Assembly: GCA_035558335.1 (NCBI GenBank)
Contig: DATMCM010000680.1
Location: forward strand, 1-24,000
Source: Blastocatellia bacterium
GTDB lineage: Bacteria; Acidobacteriota; Blastocatellia; UBA7656
DNA length: 24,000 bases
Reading direction: 5' to 3'
The translations under genes were made by a program, and so were the position numbers. Below are positions 8,081-15,638 of this stretch, piece after piece. The notes below the pieces were generated by a model. The model searched no databases. It saw nothing but the letters and a program-made list of their open reading frames with translations, and had not been told where the DNA came from. Numbering within the stretch: the first letter of the stretch is position 1; each line of letters starts with the position of its first letter.

Positions 8081-11000
8081 GTGCTTAGAAATATGCAGAT
8101 CTCCACCCTGGTGCTGTCTTTGTCCATCGCTGCATCAGCTCGCTTTTCCCAGCCGTCGCAAGAGGTTTCAAAACAGGAAGCTCAAAACCAAGATGCTCAG
8201 AAGAAGAATGAACCGTGGGATGTCGAAGGGGATCATGGACCATTCACACTCGTCGAATTCGACACCGACGAAGGCACATGGATGAGCTGCGACGTATCGC
8301 CGGATGGTCAATGGATCGTCTTCGATCTTCTCGGCGACATCTACAAAATGCCGATCGGCGGCGGCAAGGCAGAACTTCTCTCCGCCGGAGCGTCGTGGGA
8401 ATGCCAGCCCAGGTTCAGTCCCGACGGCAAACTGATCGCCTTCACTTCTGATCGTGATGGCGGCGACAACATCTGGGTTATGGAAGCGGACGGCAGGAAC
8501 CGCAGACAAGTAACCAAAGAGAACTACCGCCTGGTGAACAGCCCTGCCTGGACGCCCGATGGTCAATACATTCTCGTCCGAAAACATTTCGTCGATCAGC
8601 GCTCGCTAGGGGCGGGCGAGATTTGGATGTACCACGTCAACGGCGGAGGCACAGGCGTTCAGTTGACGGAGAAGCCCAACTGGACTGCCAATGCTGGCGA
8701 GCCGGCAATCGATCCAAGGGGCCGGTTCGTCTATTTCGTACAAAGCACTGCATTCGACTACAACAAGAATGTCTACGGAAGCATCTACTGGATCGAGCGC
8801 TACGACACGGCCAATGGCCGGCGCTCTGTCTTTGTTCAGGGTTCTGGTGGAGCAATTCGGCCGCAGGTCTCACCCGATGGGAAGTTCCTCTCTTTTATTC
8901 GGCGGGATGGATTGAAGACTGTCCTGTTCCTGCGCGAGATCGAAAGCGGTCGCGAGTGGCCGATCTACGACAACCTCTCGCGCGATCAGCAGGAGACGTG
9001 GGCCGTATTCGGAACTCATCCCGGTTATTCGTGGACGCCCGACGGCAACAGCATCATCATCACAGCCAAGGGAAAGTTTGTGCGAGTCCCGACGCGTACC
9101 AGACAGGCGCCTCAGTGGATTCCATTCACCGCTCACGTTTCCCAGAAGGTCACCAACGCCGTCCGTTTCGAGCAGAAAGTCGCACCGGATCGCGACAGCG
9201 CGAAACTCTTGCGATGGGCAAAGAGTGCGGGCGGTCGAATCCTTTACAGCGCCCTCGGCAAGCTCTACGTCAAGCAAGGCGATGCCGCTCCCAAACGATT
9301 GCTGAGCACAAACTACCTCGAGTTCGCGCCCAGCTTCAGCGCCGACGGGTCCAGGATCACGTACGTGACCTGGTCGGACTCGGAGAAGGGCGCGGTGTGG
9401 ATCGCGAATGCGGACGGCTCCGGTGCGCGAAAGATCACATCCATTGGCGATCAGTACTCGAATCCGGTCTTTTCGCCGGACGGCACCAAGGTCGCTTATC
9501 TCAAAGGGCGCGGGAGTGTTTACCACGAAGAGGACCTCGCGAGCGAGTCGACCTTCGAGATTCACTACTGGGATGGCTCCGAGCACCGCTACGTCATCGA
9601 CCTTTTTAGCCGGGGCCCGAACGCGCGAATGCCGGTTCTCACCTTCGACTCGAAAGGCGATCGCATCTTTTTCATGGAATCGAAGCCCAGCGCGGGGACA
9701 GTCAACACCTACCTCAGCAGCGTGAAGCTCACAGGCGATGACTATAAACAGCATGTGGAGTCGAAATACGCGGCCGAAATGGTGCCATCGCCGGACGGCC
9801 GATGGGTCGCGTTCAAGGAATTGCACAAGCTCTACGTTGCGCCGTTCCCGCTTACTGGAAAAATGCTCAAGCTCTCGGCGACCGACACAATCGTCCCGGT
9901 TAAGCTCGTTTCAGCGAAGTCGGGCGACTGGCTCACCTGGTCGCGGGACAGCAAGTCGGTCGAGTGGACGCTCGGCGAAAACTTTTACGAACAATCGCTC
10001 GACAACGTCTTCAAACAACTGGCTAAGGATCAGAAACCGACCGAGCCAGGAGTCACAAAGATCGGCTTCGAGTTCGAGAGCGCGAAGCCGCACGGTTTGA
10101 TAGCGCTCACCAATGCTCGCATCATCACGATGAAAGGCGATGAAGTCATCGAGCGCGGCAACATCCTCATCGAGGACAACAGAGTCAAGGCTATTGGCGC
10201 GAGTATCGACATCCCAACCAACGCCCGCCGGATAGACATGACGGGGAAAACGATTATGCCCGGGCTCATCGATGTGCACGCGCACATGGGCTATTTCGCG
10301 TTGGATATCGTTCCGGAAAAGCAGTGGCCTTACTTCGCGAACCTTGCGTACGGGGTGACGACCACTCATGATCCGTCGGCTTCAACGCAAACAGTCTTCG
10401 CCCAGTCGGAGATGGTAAAGGCGGGCGCGATGGTTGGCCCGCGCATTTTTTCTACTGGCTACATCCTCTACGGCGCCGAGAATGCCGAGAAGGCGGTGAT
10501 CAACAGCTACGACGACGCGAGAGCACACCTCGAGCGGCTGAAGGCGGCAGGCGCGTTTAGTGTGAAGAGCTACAATCAGCCTCGTCGCAACCAGCGTCAG
10601 CAAGTGATCAAGGCCGCTCGCGATCTTCAGATGATGGTAGTTCCCGAAGGCGGATCGACTTATTTCTATAACATGACCGAAGTGCTGGACGGACACACCG
10701 GCATAGAGCACGCGATCCCAGTCGCGCCGCTGTATAAGGACGCGACCACGCTGTTCGCGAGGAGCCGGAGCGGCTACACGCCGACTTTGATCGTGGGCTA
10801 CGGTGGAATCTGGGGAGAGAATTATTGGTATCAGCACTCGAACGTTTGGGAGAACGAGCACCTGATGCGCTTTACACCGCGCAGCGTGGTTGACGAGCGG
10901 GCGCGCCGGCGAATGATGGTTCCCGAAGACGACTTCTATCACTTCGAGTTGGCGAAGAGCGTGAAAGACGTGCTTCGCGCGGGAGGCAAAGTTCAGCTCG

Positions 11001-11320
11001 GCGCGCACGGCCAGCTTCAAGGTCTTGGCGCTCATTGGGAGCTTTGGATGCTGGCGCAGGGTGGTCTGACTCCGATTGAGGCGATCCGTTGCGCCACGCT
11101 CTCCGGGGCGCAATACCTCGGGTTGGACAATGATGTCGGCTCGCTTGAAGCGGGTAAGCTCGCGGACTTGATGGTGCTAGACAGGAACCCGCTCGAGAAC
11201 ATCCGCAATTCCGAGAGCATCCGCTTGGTGATGATCAACGGAGTGCTCTACGACACGAGCAACATGGACCAGGTGTACCCTCTGCAGCAGGCGAGGTCCA
11301 AGTTCTTTTGGGAGAGGTAA
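8081..11320 (+). CDS. Secreted PD40/TolB-like beta-propeller fused to a C-terminal metal-dependent amidohydrolase domain
   Basis: ORF 7943-11320. The likely start is GTG 8081 (GAGG 6-7 nt upstream) or ATG 8093, giving the signal peptide MQISTLVLSLSIAASA. There are many PD40-like repeats (SPDGQWIVF, FSPDGKLIAFTSDRDG..NIWVM, SPDGKFLSFIR, FSADGSRITYV, FSPDGTKVAYL, PSPDGRWVAF). The C-terminal amidohydrolase has PGLIDVHAHMGY (HxH), GHTGIEHAIP and GKLADLMVLDRNPLENI. The long ORFs 8623-9609(+) and 8870-9826(-) are shadow frames. Confidence 0.85.
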   Translation: MLRNMQISTLVLSLSIAASARFSQPSQEVSKQEAQNQDAQKKNEPWDVEGDHGPFTLVEFDTDEGTWMSCDVSPDGQWIVFDLLGDIYKMPIGGGKAELLSAGASWECQPRFSPDGKLIAFTSDRDGGDNIWVMEADGRNRRQVTKENYRLVNSPAWTPDGQYILVRKHFVDQRSLGAGEIWMYHVNGGGTGVQLTEKPNWTANAGEPAIDPRGRFVYFVQSTAFDYNKNVYGSIYWIERYDTANGRRSVFVQGSGGAIRPQVSPDGKFLSFIRRDGLKTVLFLREIESGREWPIYDNLSRDQQETWAVFGTHPGYSWTPDGNSIIITAKGKFVRVPTRTRQAPQWIPFTAHVSQKVTNAVRFEQKVAPDRDSAKLLRWAKSAGGRILYSALGKLYVKQGDAAPKRLLSTNYLEFAPSFSADGSRITYVTWSDSEKGAVWIANADGSGARKITSIGDQYSNPVFSPDGTKVAYLKGRGSVYHEEDLASESTFEIHYWDGSEHRYVIDLFSRGPNARMPVLTFDSKGDRIFFMESKPSAGTVNTYLSSVKLTGDDYKQHVESKYAAEMVPSPDGRWVAFKELHKLYVAPFPLTGKMLKLSATDTIVPVKLVSAKSGDWLTWSRDSKSVEWTLGENFYEQSLDNVFKQLAKDQKPTEPGVTKIGFEFESAKPHGLIALTNARIITMKGDEVIERGNILIEDNRVKAIGASIDIPTNARRIDMTGKTIMPGLIDVHAHMGYFALDIVPEKQWPYFANLAYGVTTTHDPSASTQTVFAQSEMVKAGAMVGPRIFSTGYILYGAENAEKAVINSYDDARAHLERLKAAGAFSVKSYNQPRRNQRQQVIKAARDLQMMVVPEGGSTYFYNMTEVLDGHTGIEHAIPVAPLYKDATTLFARSRSGYTPTLIVGYGGIWGENYWYQHSNVWENEHLMRFTPRSVVDERARRRMMVPEDDFYHFELAKSVKDVLRAGGKVQLGAHGQLQGLGAHWELWMLAQGGLTPIEAIRCATLSGAQYLGLDNDVGSLEAGKLADLMVLDRNPLENIRNSESIRLVMINGVLYDTSNMDQVYPLQQARSKFFWER

Positions 11321-11341
11321 TAGATTCGTGATCCTGAGTGG

Positions 11342-11368
11342 ATAGAACGGCAGGCCGCCTCGTTCTAT
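11342..11368. terminator. Hairpin between convergent genes (possible bidirectional terminator)
   Basis: ATAGAACG (11342-11349) and CGTTCTAT (11361-11368) form a perfect 8-bp stem with a GC-rich 11-nt loop. It lies 22 nt after the amidohydrolase stop and overlaps the stop of the minus-strand small ORF. Confidence 0.4.
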
Positions 11369-11565
11369 AGACTCCCAGCCAGACTCCGAAGCGCGTCGAG
11401 GCCATCGGCATCGACTAAACGGAAGTCGGCTTCTCCTGAACGGTAGTCGATCAGGAGATGGAACTCACCCGCGATTATGTCTTCGGTAGGAAGCTCGCGG
11501 TTAGCGAGCATTTCAAGCAGCGGTAACGGGTCATGACGGAAGGTAACAATCCGCACAAATGCCAT
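11365..11565 (-). CDS. Small hypothetical protein (66 aa), no family recognised
   Basis: ORF 11365-11568. ATG at 11565 has GGTGA 6 nt upstream. Codon usage resembles the neighbours. The product is acidic (MAFVRIVTFRHDPLPLLEMLANRELPTEDIIAGEFHLLIDY...). No motif that I can name. Confidence 0.35.
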   Translation of the reverse strand: MAFVRIVTFRHDPLPLLEMLANRELPTEDIIAGEFHLLIDYRSGEADFRLVDADGLDALRSLAGSL

Positions 11566-11797
11566 CACAGGTCACCGATTATTATTAGGCCTCACTTCAA
11601 AGTCAACCGGTAAACCGTCGAAAACAGTCTGAATAACCCATTCAAAACAATGGGGACGATAACAGTTCAGACTCGGTCCGAGGAGGAGCACGATATGCAG
11701 ATGTAAGTTATATATCATGCTCAAAGCTGGCTGTGTCTATCCGGGAGTCATCAACGGCCTTGAAAGACATGCCACCACCGCGCAATCATAGTCGCCG

Positions 11798-13209
11798 ATG
11801 CCTAACCCACGAGTCCTGATTATTGACGACGAAGAGATGATCCGTTGGACGCTTACAGAAGCGCTTCGAGGATGGGGCTACACGTCCGTTGGTGTCGGTA
11901 CCGTGGCAGCCGGGCTTGCGGCGTTCGACGCCGAGCGGCCTGACGCCGTCCTGTTGGATGTCAACCTGCCAGATGGCACTGGGCTCGATCTGCTGCTGGC
12001 GATCAAGCGTCACCAGCCGGATGCGGTAGTCATCATAATGACCGGGAATGTGACTGTGGCTGATACGATCGCTGCGCTTCGCGGCGGCGCGTACGACTTC
12101 ATCAGCAAGCCGATCAATCTGGAGGAGCTTCAAGTTACAATTCGCAACGGCATGGAAGCTCAATCGCTCCGCAAACAGGTGCGGTCAATTCGAGGCGAGC
12201 GAGCCCGCAAGTTTAGCTTGAACCAAATCATCGGCCAATCACCAGGTATGGTCGAGATGTTCAACCTCGCGCGCAAGGTGGCCGAAAGCGAGGTCTCTTC
12301 CGTGCTCCTGCAAGGGGAGTCCGGGACGGGCAAGGATTTGGTTGCGAAGGCCATTCACTACGCATCACGTCGCTCAGATGCTCCGTTCGTAGCTATCAAT
12401 TGTGCAGCGCTTCCGGCGACCCTCATAGAGAGTGAGTTGTTCGGCTATGAGAAGGGCGCCTTCACAGACGCGAAGGCGCGAAAGGAAGGGCTCTTCGAGC
12501 AAGCGGAGGGCGGCACTCTCTTTCTGGATGAAATCGGCGAGCTAGAGTTGAGCCTGCAAGCGAAACTCTTACGCGTTCTCGAAGAGGGAGCCTTTCGCCG
12601 ACTCGGCGGGCTGAAGGACATATCGCTCGACGCCCGGGTGATCGCGGCGTCGAACCGAAATCTGAAAGCCGCGAGCGAAACAGGCCGTTTCCGACTCGAT
12701 CTTTACTACCGGCTCTCGGTCATTCAAATCGATATTCCGGCCATACGCGAGCGAGGCGACGACGTGATTCTGCTTGCCGAGCACTACATCGCGCACTTCA
12801 ACGAGCGGCTGCGAAAGCAAGTGCACGGACTGAGGCCTGAGGTCGCCGATATTTTTCGAAGCTACGCGTGGCCCGGAAACGTGCGAGAGCTTCGAAACGT
12901 GATCGAACGCGTTATGATCCTGGAAGACGGGGATGTGATCACGCCGCTTATTTGCCACGGGGAATCACGCCCGAGGACAAGAACGCAACTGTGGTTGGGA
13001 ACTCGGTTGCTCGGAGGACGGACGATGAGCCTCGCGCTAGTGAGTTCGCGCTTCCCGCGAACGGCGTCGTGCTGGACGACGTGGAGATGTCGCTCGTCCG
13101 GCAGGCGCTGGAGCGAAGTGGTGGAAATCAAACTCGCGCTGCTGAGTTGTTGGGCATCTCACGTGACCAATTCCGCTACCGGCTAAAAAAGCTCGAAGAT
13201 CAGGCCTGA
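11798..13209 (+). pseudogene. NtrC-family sigma54-dependent response regulator (REC + AAA+ + Fis-type HTH), with the reading frame broken near 12941-12955
   Basis: REC domain: [11 protein letters not shown]...[13 protein letters not shown]...[13 protein letters not shown]+ domain: Walker [16 protein letters not shown], sigma54-contact loop EKGAFTDA (a GAFTGA variant), Walker [24 protein letters not shown]. After ...LEDGDVITP this frame turns to nonsense ([13 protein letters not shown]...). The frame of ORF 12868-13209 continues correctly: [11 protein letters not shown]...[41 protein letters not shown] (Fis-type HTH). This implies a 1-nt indel. Confidence 0.8.
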
Positions 13210-13222
13210 TTCCAGTAACCCC

Positions 13223-13319
13223 TTCCGGTCCACAAGCCGATTCCCCTCCACTGCGTATTTCTCCGCTGAGGGATAGACAGATTCAGGCAAATTTACCAGT
13301 TCCGGTTCACAAGCCGTTC
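13223..13319 (+). promoter_or_regulatory. Pair of about 20-bp direct repeats (candidate enhancer/UAS sites for the adjacent sigma54 activator)
   Basis: TTCCGGTCCACAAGCCGATT (13223-13242) and TTCCGGTTCACAAGCCGTTC (13300-13319) match at 17 of 20 positions, with starts 77 bp apart. Each contains a small CGGY-N6-RCCG dyad. They sit just upstream of the -24/-12 promoter. Confidence 0.45.
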
Positions 13320-13337
13320 AATCAACACCCTTTCCAG

Positions 13338-13354
13338 CGGCACGCACGTTGCTT
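13338..13354 (+). promoter_or_regulatory. Sigma54 (-24/-12) promoter upstream of the tandem USP gene
   Basis: CGGCACGCACGTTGCTT matches the consensus TGGCACG-N4-TTGCW at every core position. GG is at 13339-13340 and GC at 13351-13352, exactly 10 nt apart. It lies immediately downstream of a sigma54 activator gene. Confidence 0.7.
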
Positions 13355-13364
13355 TTGACACACG

Positions 13365-14345
13365 ATGAACGTCGGGGCGAGACAGCGTCGTCGGACCACG
13401 GCGCCTAACCAGGTCATGTCAGTAGCGAGCTTAAGCCGTATGGTCATCCAGGAGCGCACCACCTTCGAGCGCATTTTGTGTCCAGTCGATTTGATCGCGG
13501 ATTCCGTCGAGGCTTTGCATTACGCGGCAACATTCGCCCGAGCTTGTGGAGCAAAGCTCTTAATCTGTCACTGCCGCGATTCGGCGGAAGCGGGAGGGTT
13601 AATGGAAGCGCGGAGCATAATGGACTCGCTCGACGGGATGGTAGAACAAGCCGTAGCCGAGACGAGGGGACTCCGGGAGAGCTTCGTGGTAGACGGCGAT
13701 CCGGTTGTCGCAATTCCTCGCGTTGCGGCCGACAGACGTATCGATTTGATAGTGATGCGTTCAAGAAGGTGGCAGCATCCGCCGTCTCTAATGGGTTCGA
13801 TAGCCGAAGCAATCAGCCGGATGTCTCCTTGTCCGGTGCTGATAATTCACTCGCAGAAGCGGGAGCCGAACGAGTCGAAGATTGGCTTGCCGCTGCGGCG
13901 AGTGCTGGTTGCATATGACTTTTCGAGCGATGCCGAGCTGGCTCTGTCATATGGGTTGAACCTTTCGCACAAGCATGGAGCCGAAATGCATTTGCTGCAT
14001 ACTCTACCGGCCCGGCTAAAGACCGATGCACCGGAGTTGGCGATGTTGCCGTTGAGTTCCCGGCTGGGATTCGATGAGATCAAGGCTCGGCTGCGAAGCG
14101 CGGTCTCCGGGCCAACGGGTTTGAGGGTTGCGGTAAGGCACGAAGTGCGGGAAGGCCAGCCGTATCGGGAGGTGCTGAACTATGCGGAGGAGCAGGCGAT
14201 CGACTTGATATGCATGGGCGCGAGCGGGACTGGGTTCGGGCTGCACGCGCTCTTCGGCTCGAATGCCGACCGGGTGCTTCGTCAAGCTCGGTGTCCGGTG
14301 ATAATCGCGCGCCCGCTCAGACCGAGTTTGCCCGCAACGAGTTGA
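13365..14345 (+). CDS. Tandem universal stress protein (two UspA domains)
   Basis: 326-aa ORF with two USP units: ILCPVDL...LLICHC...IDLIVMRSRR...SIAEAISRMSPCPVLII, and RVLVAYDFS...EMHLLHT...IDLICMGASGTGFG...GSNADRVLRQARCPVIIARP. The predicted sigma54 transcription start near 13364 argues for a downstream start codon (ATG 13416 or 13440). Confidence 0.85.
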   Translation: MNVGARQRRRTTAPNQVMSVASLSRMVIQERTTFERILCPVDLIADSVEALHYAATFARACGAKLLICHCRDSAEAGGLMEARSIMDSLDGMVEQAVAETRGLRESFVVDGDPVVAIPRVAADRRIDLIVMRSRRWQHPPSLMGSIAEAISRMSPCPVLIIHSQKREPNESKIGLPLRRVLVAYDFSSDAELALSYGLNLSHKHGAEMHLLHTLPARLKTDAPELAMLPLSSRLGFDEIKARLRSAVSGPTGLRVAVRHEVREGQPYREVLNYAEEQAIDLICMGASGTGFGLHALFGSNADRVLRQARCPVIIARPLRPSLPATS

Positions 14346-14353
14346 ACGCGGCT

Positions 14354-14369
14354 CGGTGGTAGACTTGCA
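14354..14369 (+). promoter_or_regulatory. Second, weaker sigma54-type -24/-12 candidate upstream of the single-domain USP gene
   Basis: CGGTGGTAGACTTGCA has GG at 14355-14356 and GC at 14367-14368, 10 nt apart. The -12 element TTGCA is perfect and the -24 element is degenerate. It lies about 30 nt upstream of ATG 14399. Confidence 0.4.
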
Positions 14370-14398
14370 TGGAGAGCACTGATAAACGAGGAGGTGCA

Positions 14399-14872
14399 AT
14401 GATGAAGATACTGCTAGCGGTAGATGGCTCGGAATTCAGCGATGCGGCAGTCGACGAAGTCGCCCGCAGGCCGTGGCCTGAGGCAACTGAGATAGACGTT
14501 CTGGCGGTGTACGAGCCGCCCGCATTACCTGCGACGGAAACCTGGGTGCTTCCTCAGAACTATTACAACGAGATGGAGAAGGCGAGCCAGGAACAGGTGC
14601 GCGACGCAACAAACAACGCTGTCGAGCGACTAGGCAAGGCGCATAGCAAACTACAAATCAACAGCGAAACCGCGCGAGGCTATCCGGCTGAAGTGATTCT
14701 CGACCGTGCGAATCGAATGGAGACAGACTTGATCGTAGTTGGATCACACGGCTACAGCGGCCTAAGGCGCTTCCTGTTGGGCTCCGTTTCCCTGAACGTG
14801 GCGTCACACGCGAATTGCTCTGTCGAGATAGTGCGCGTGAAAGAGACACGCAAGAGGAAGCAAAACCCGTGA
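14399..14872 (+). CDS. Universal stress protein (single UspA domain)
   Basis: ORF 14369-14872. ATG 14399 is preceded by GAGGAGG (14388-14394). MMKILLAVDGSEFSDAAV...DLIVVGSHGYSGLRRFLLGSVSLNVASHANCSVEIVR is a canonical USP. Confidence 0.9.
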   Translation: MMKILLAVDGSEFSDAAVDEVARRPWPEATEIDVLAVYEPPALPATETWVLPQNYYNEMEKASQEQVRDATNNAVERLGKAHSKLQINSETARGYPAEVILDRANRMETDLIVVGSHGYSGLRRFLLGSVSLNVASHANCSVEIVRVKETRKRKQNP

Positions 14873-14916
14873 CCGCGCCGTTGAGAACAAGAACCAGTCG
14901 AATCGGTCGGGAGTAA

Positions 14917-15339
14917 GTGATGATAAAGCCACTCAGCAAAGAACAAACGCGCACGCTGCTGCTGGAAGGCAGAGTAGGGCGCCTCGGTTGTGTGGAAGGA
15001 AGTAAGCCGTACGTGGTGCCGGTGAGCTATGTCCTTCATGATGAGAGCATCTACGTTCACTCACTGGTTGGGCGCAAGATTCGCGCAATGCGCGAAAACC
15101 CGAACGCCTGTCTTCAGGTGGATGAAATCAAAGACGACTGCCACTGGCGAAGCGCGATAGCTTTCGGGCCGTATTAGGAAGTCACGAACGAACAGGAGCG
15201 AAACTGGGCACTGCGGCGTCTACTCTCGCGGTTTCCCGACCTCACACCGGTAGAATCGGTCCCGGTGCACGATGGCCAGTCTTCGGTCATCGTGTTTCGG
15301 ATTCGTATTGACGAGATGAGCGGCGTAGCCGAAGGATAG
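14917..15339 (+). pseudogene. Pyridoxamine 5'-phosphate oxidase-like (PNPOx/Pyridox_ox_2, NimA-related) flavoprotein interrupted by an in-frame TAG at 15175-15177
   Basis: ORF 14917-15177 (86 aa) ends ...WRSAIAFGPY*. The same frame continues open as EVTNEQERNWALRRLLSRFPDLTPVESVPVHDGQSSVIVFRIRIDEMSGVAEG* to 15339. It aligns without gaps to the intact paralogue at 19216-19743 (..QWMTVVVCGRYEELPDTPEY..), which places the TAG opposite a Glu codon. Confidence 0.75.
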
Positions 15340-15638
15340 AACCCACAAGGTTCTTTATCAGGCCTTGACAGCCCTCTTGGCGCCAAGCCTGATCGCGCGG
15401 CGGCTGTTGCTGGTGTCGGATTTCCATCGCTTACCTGTCCCAACATTCCTATCTAGTACAATATTCCAAAAGATTCTTGGGAACTTGATCGTAAGCACAG
15501 CGCGGCGTTCGTGTAGGTGTTGGATATCAGGAGGTTCGGTGCCAACGTGAGTTCCGCTTGTAGACCGCGTTTGAGGCGTCGTACGATTGGCAGCGCCTCA
15601 AGACTCGATGTTAGCTGGGGGCAATCACCGTCCGACAA

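Noticed and set aside
8623-9826. Long ORFs 8623-9609 (+, 328 aa) and 8870-9826 (-, 318 aa)
   Set aside because: Both lie entirely inside the PD40/amidohydrolase gene in alternative frames. Their products are Arg-rich nonsense, whereas the annotated frame has repeated PD40 motifs.
15175-15177. TAG reassignment or a pyrrolysine-type recoding as the explanation for the in-frame amber
   Set aside because: TAG is the apparent terminator of many well-supported genes here: the TPR protein, the Tes-like gene, the PNPOx paralogue, the ADH, the hemerythrin and hsp20. No pyl genes are visible in the window.
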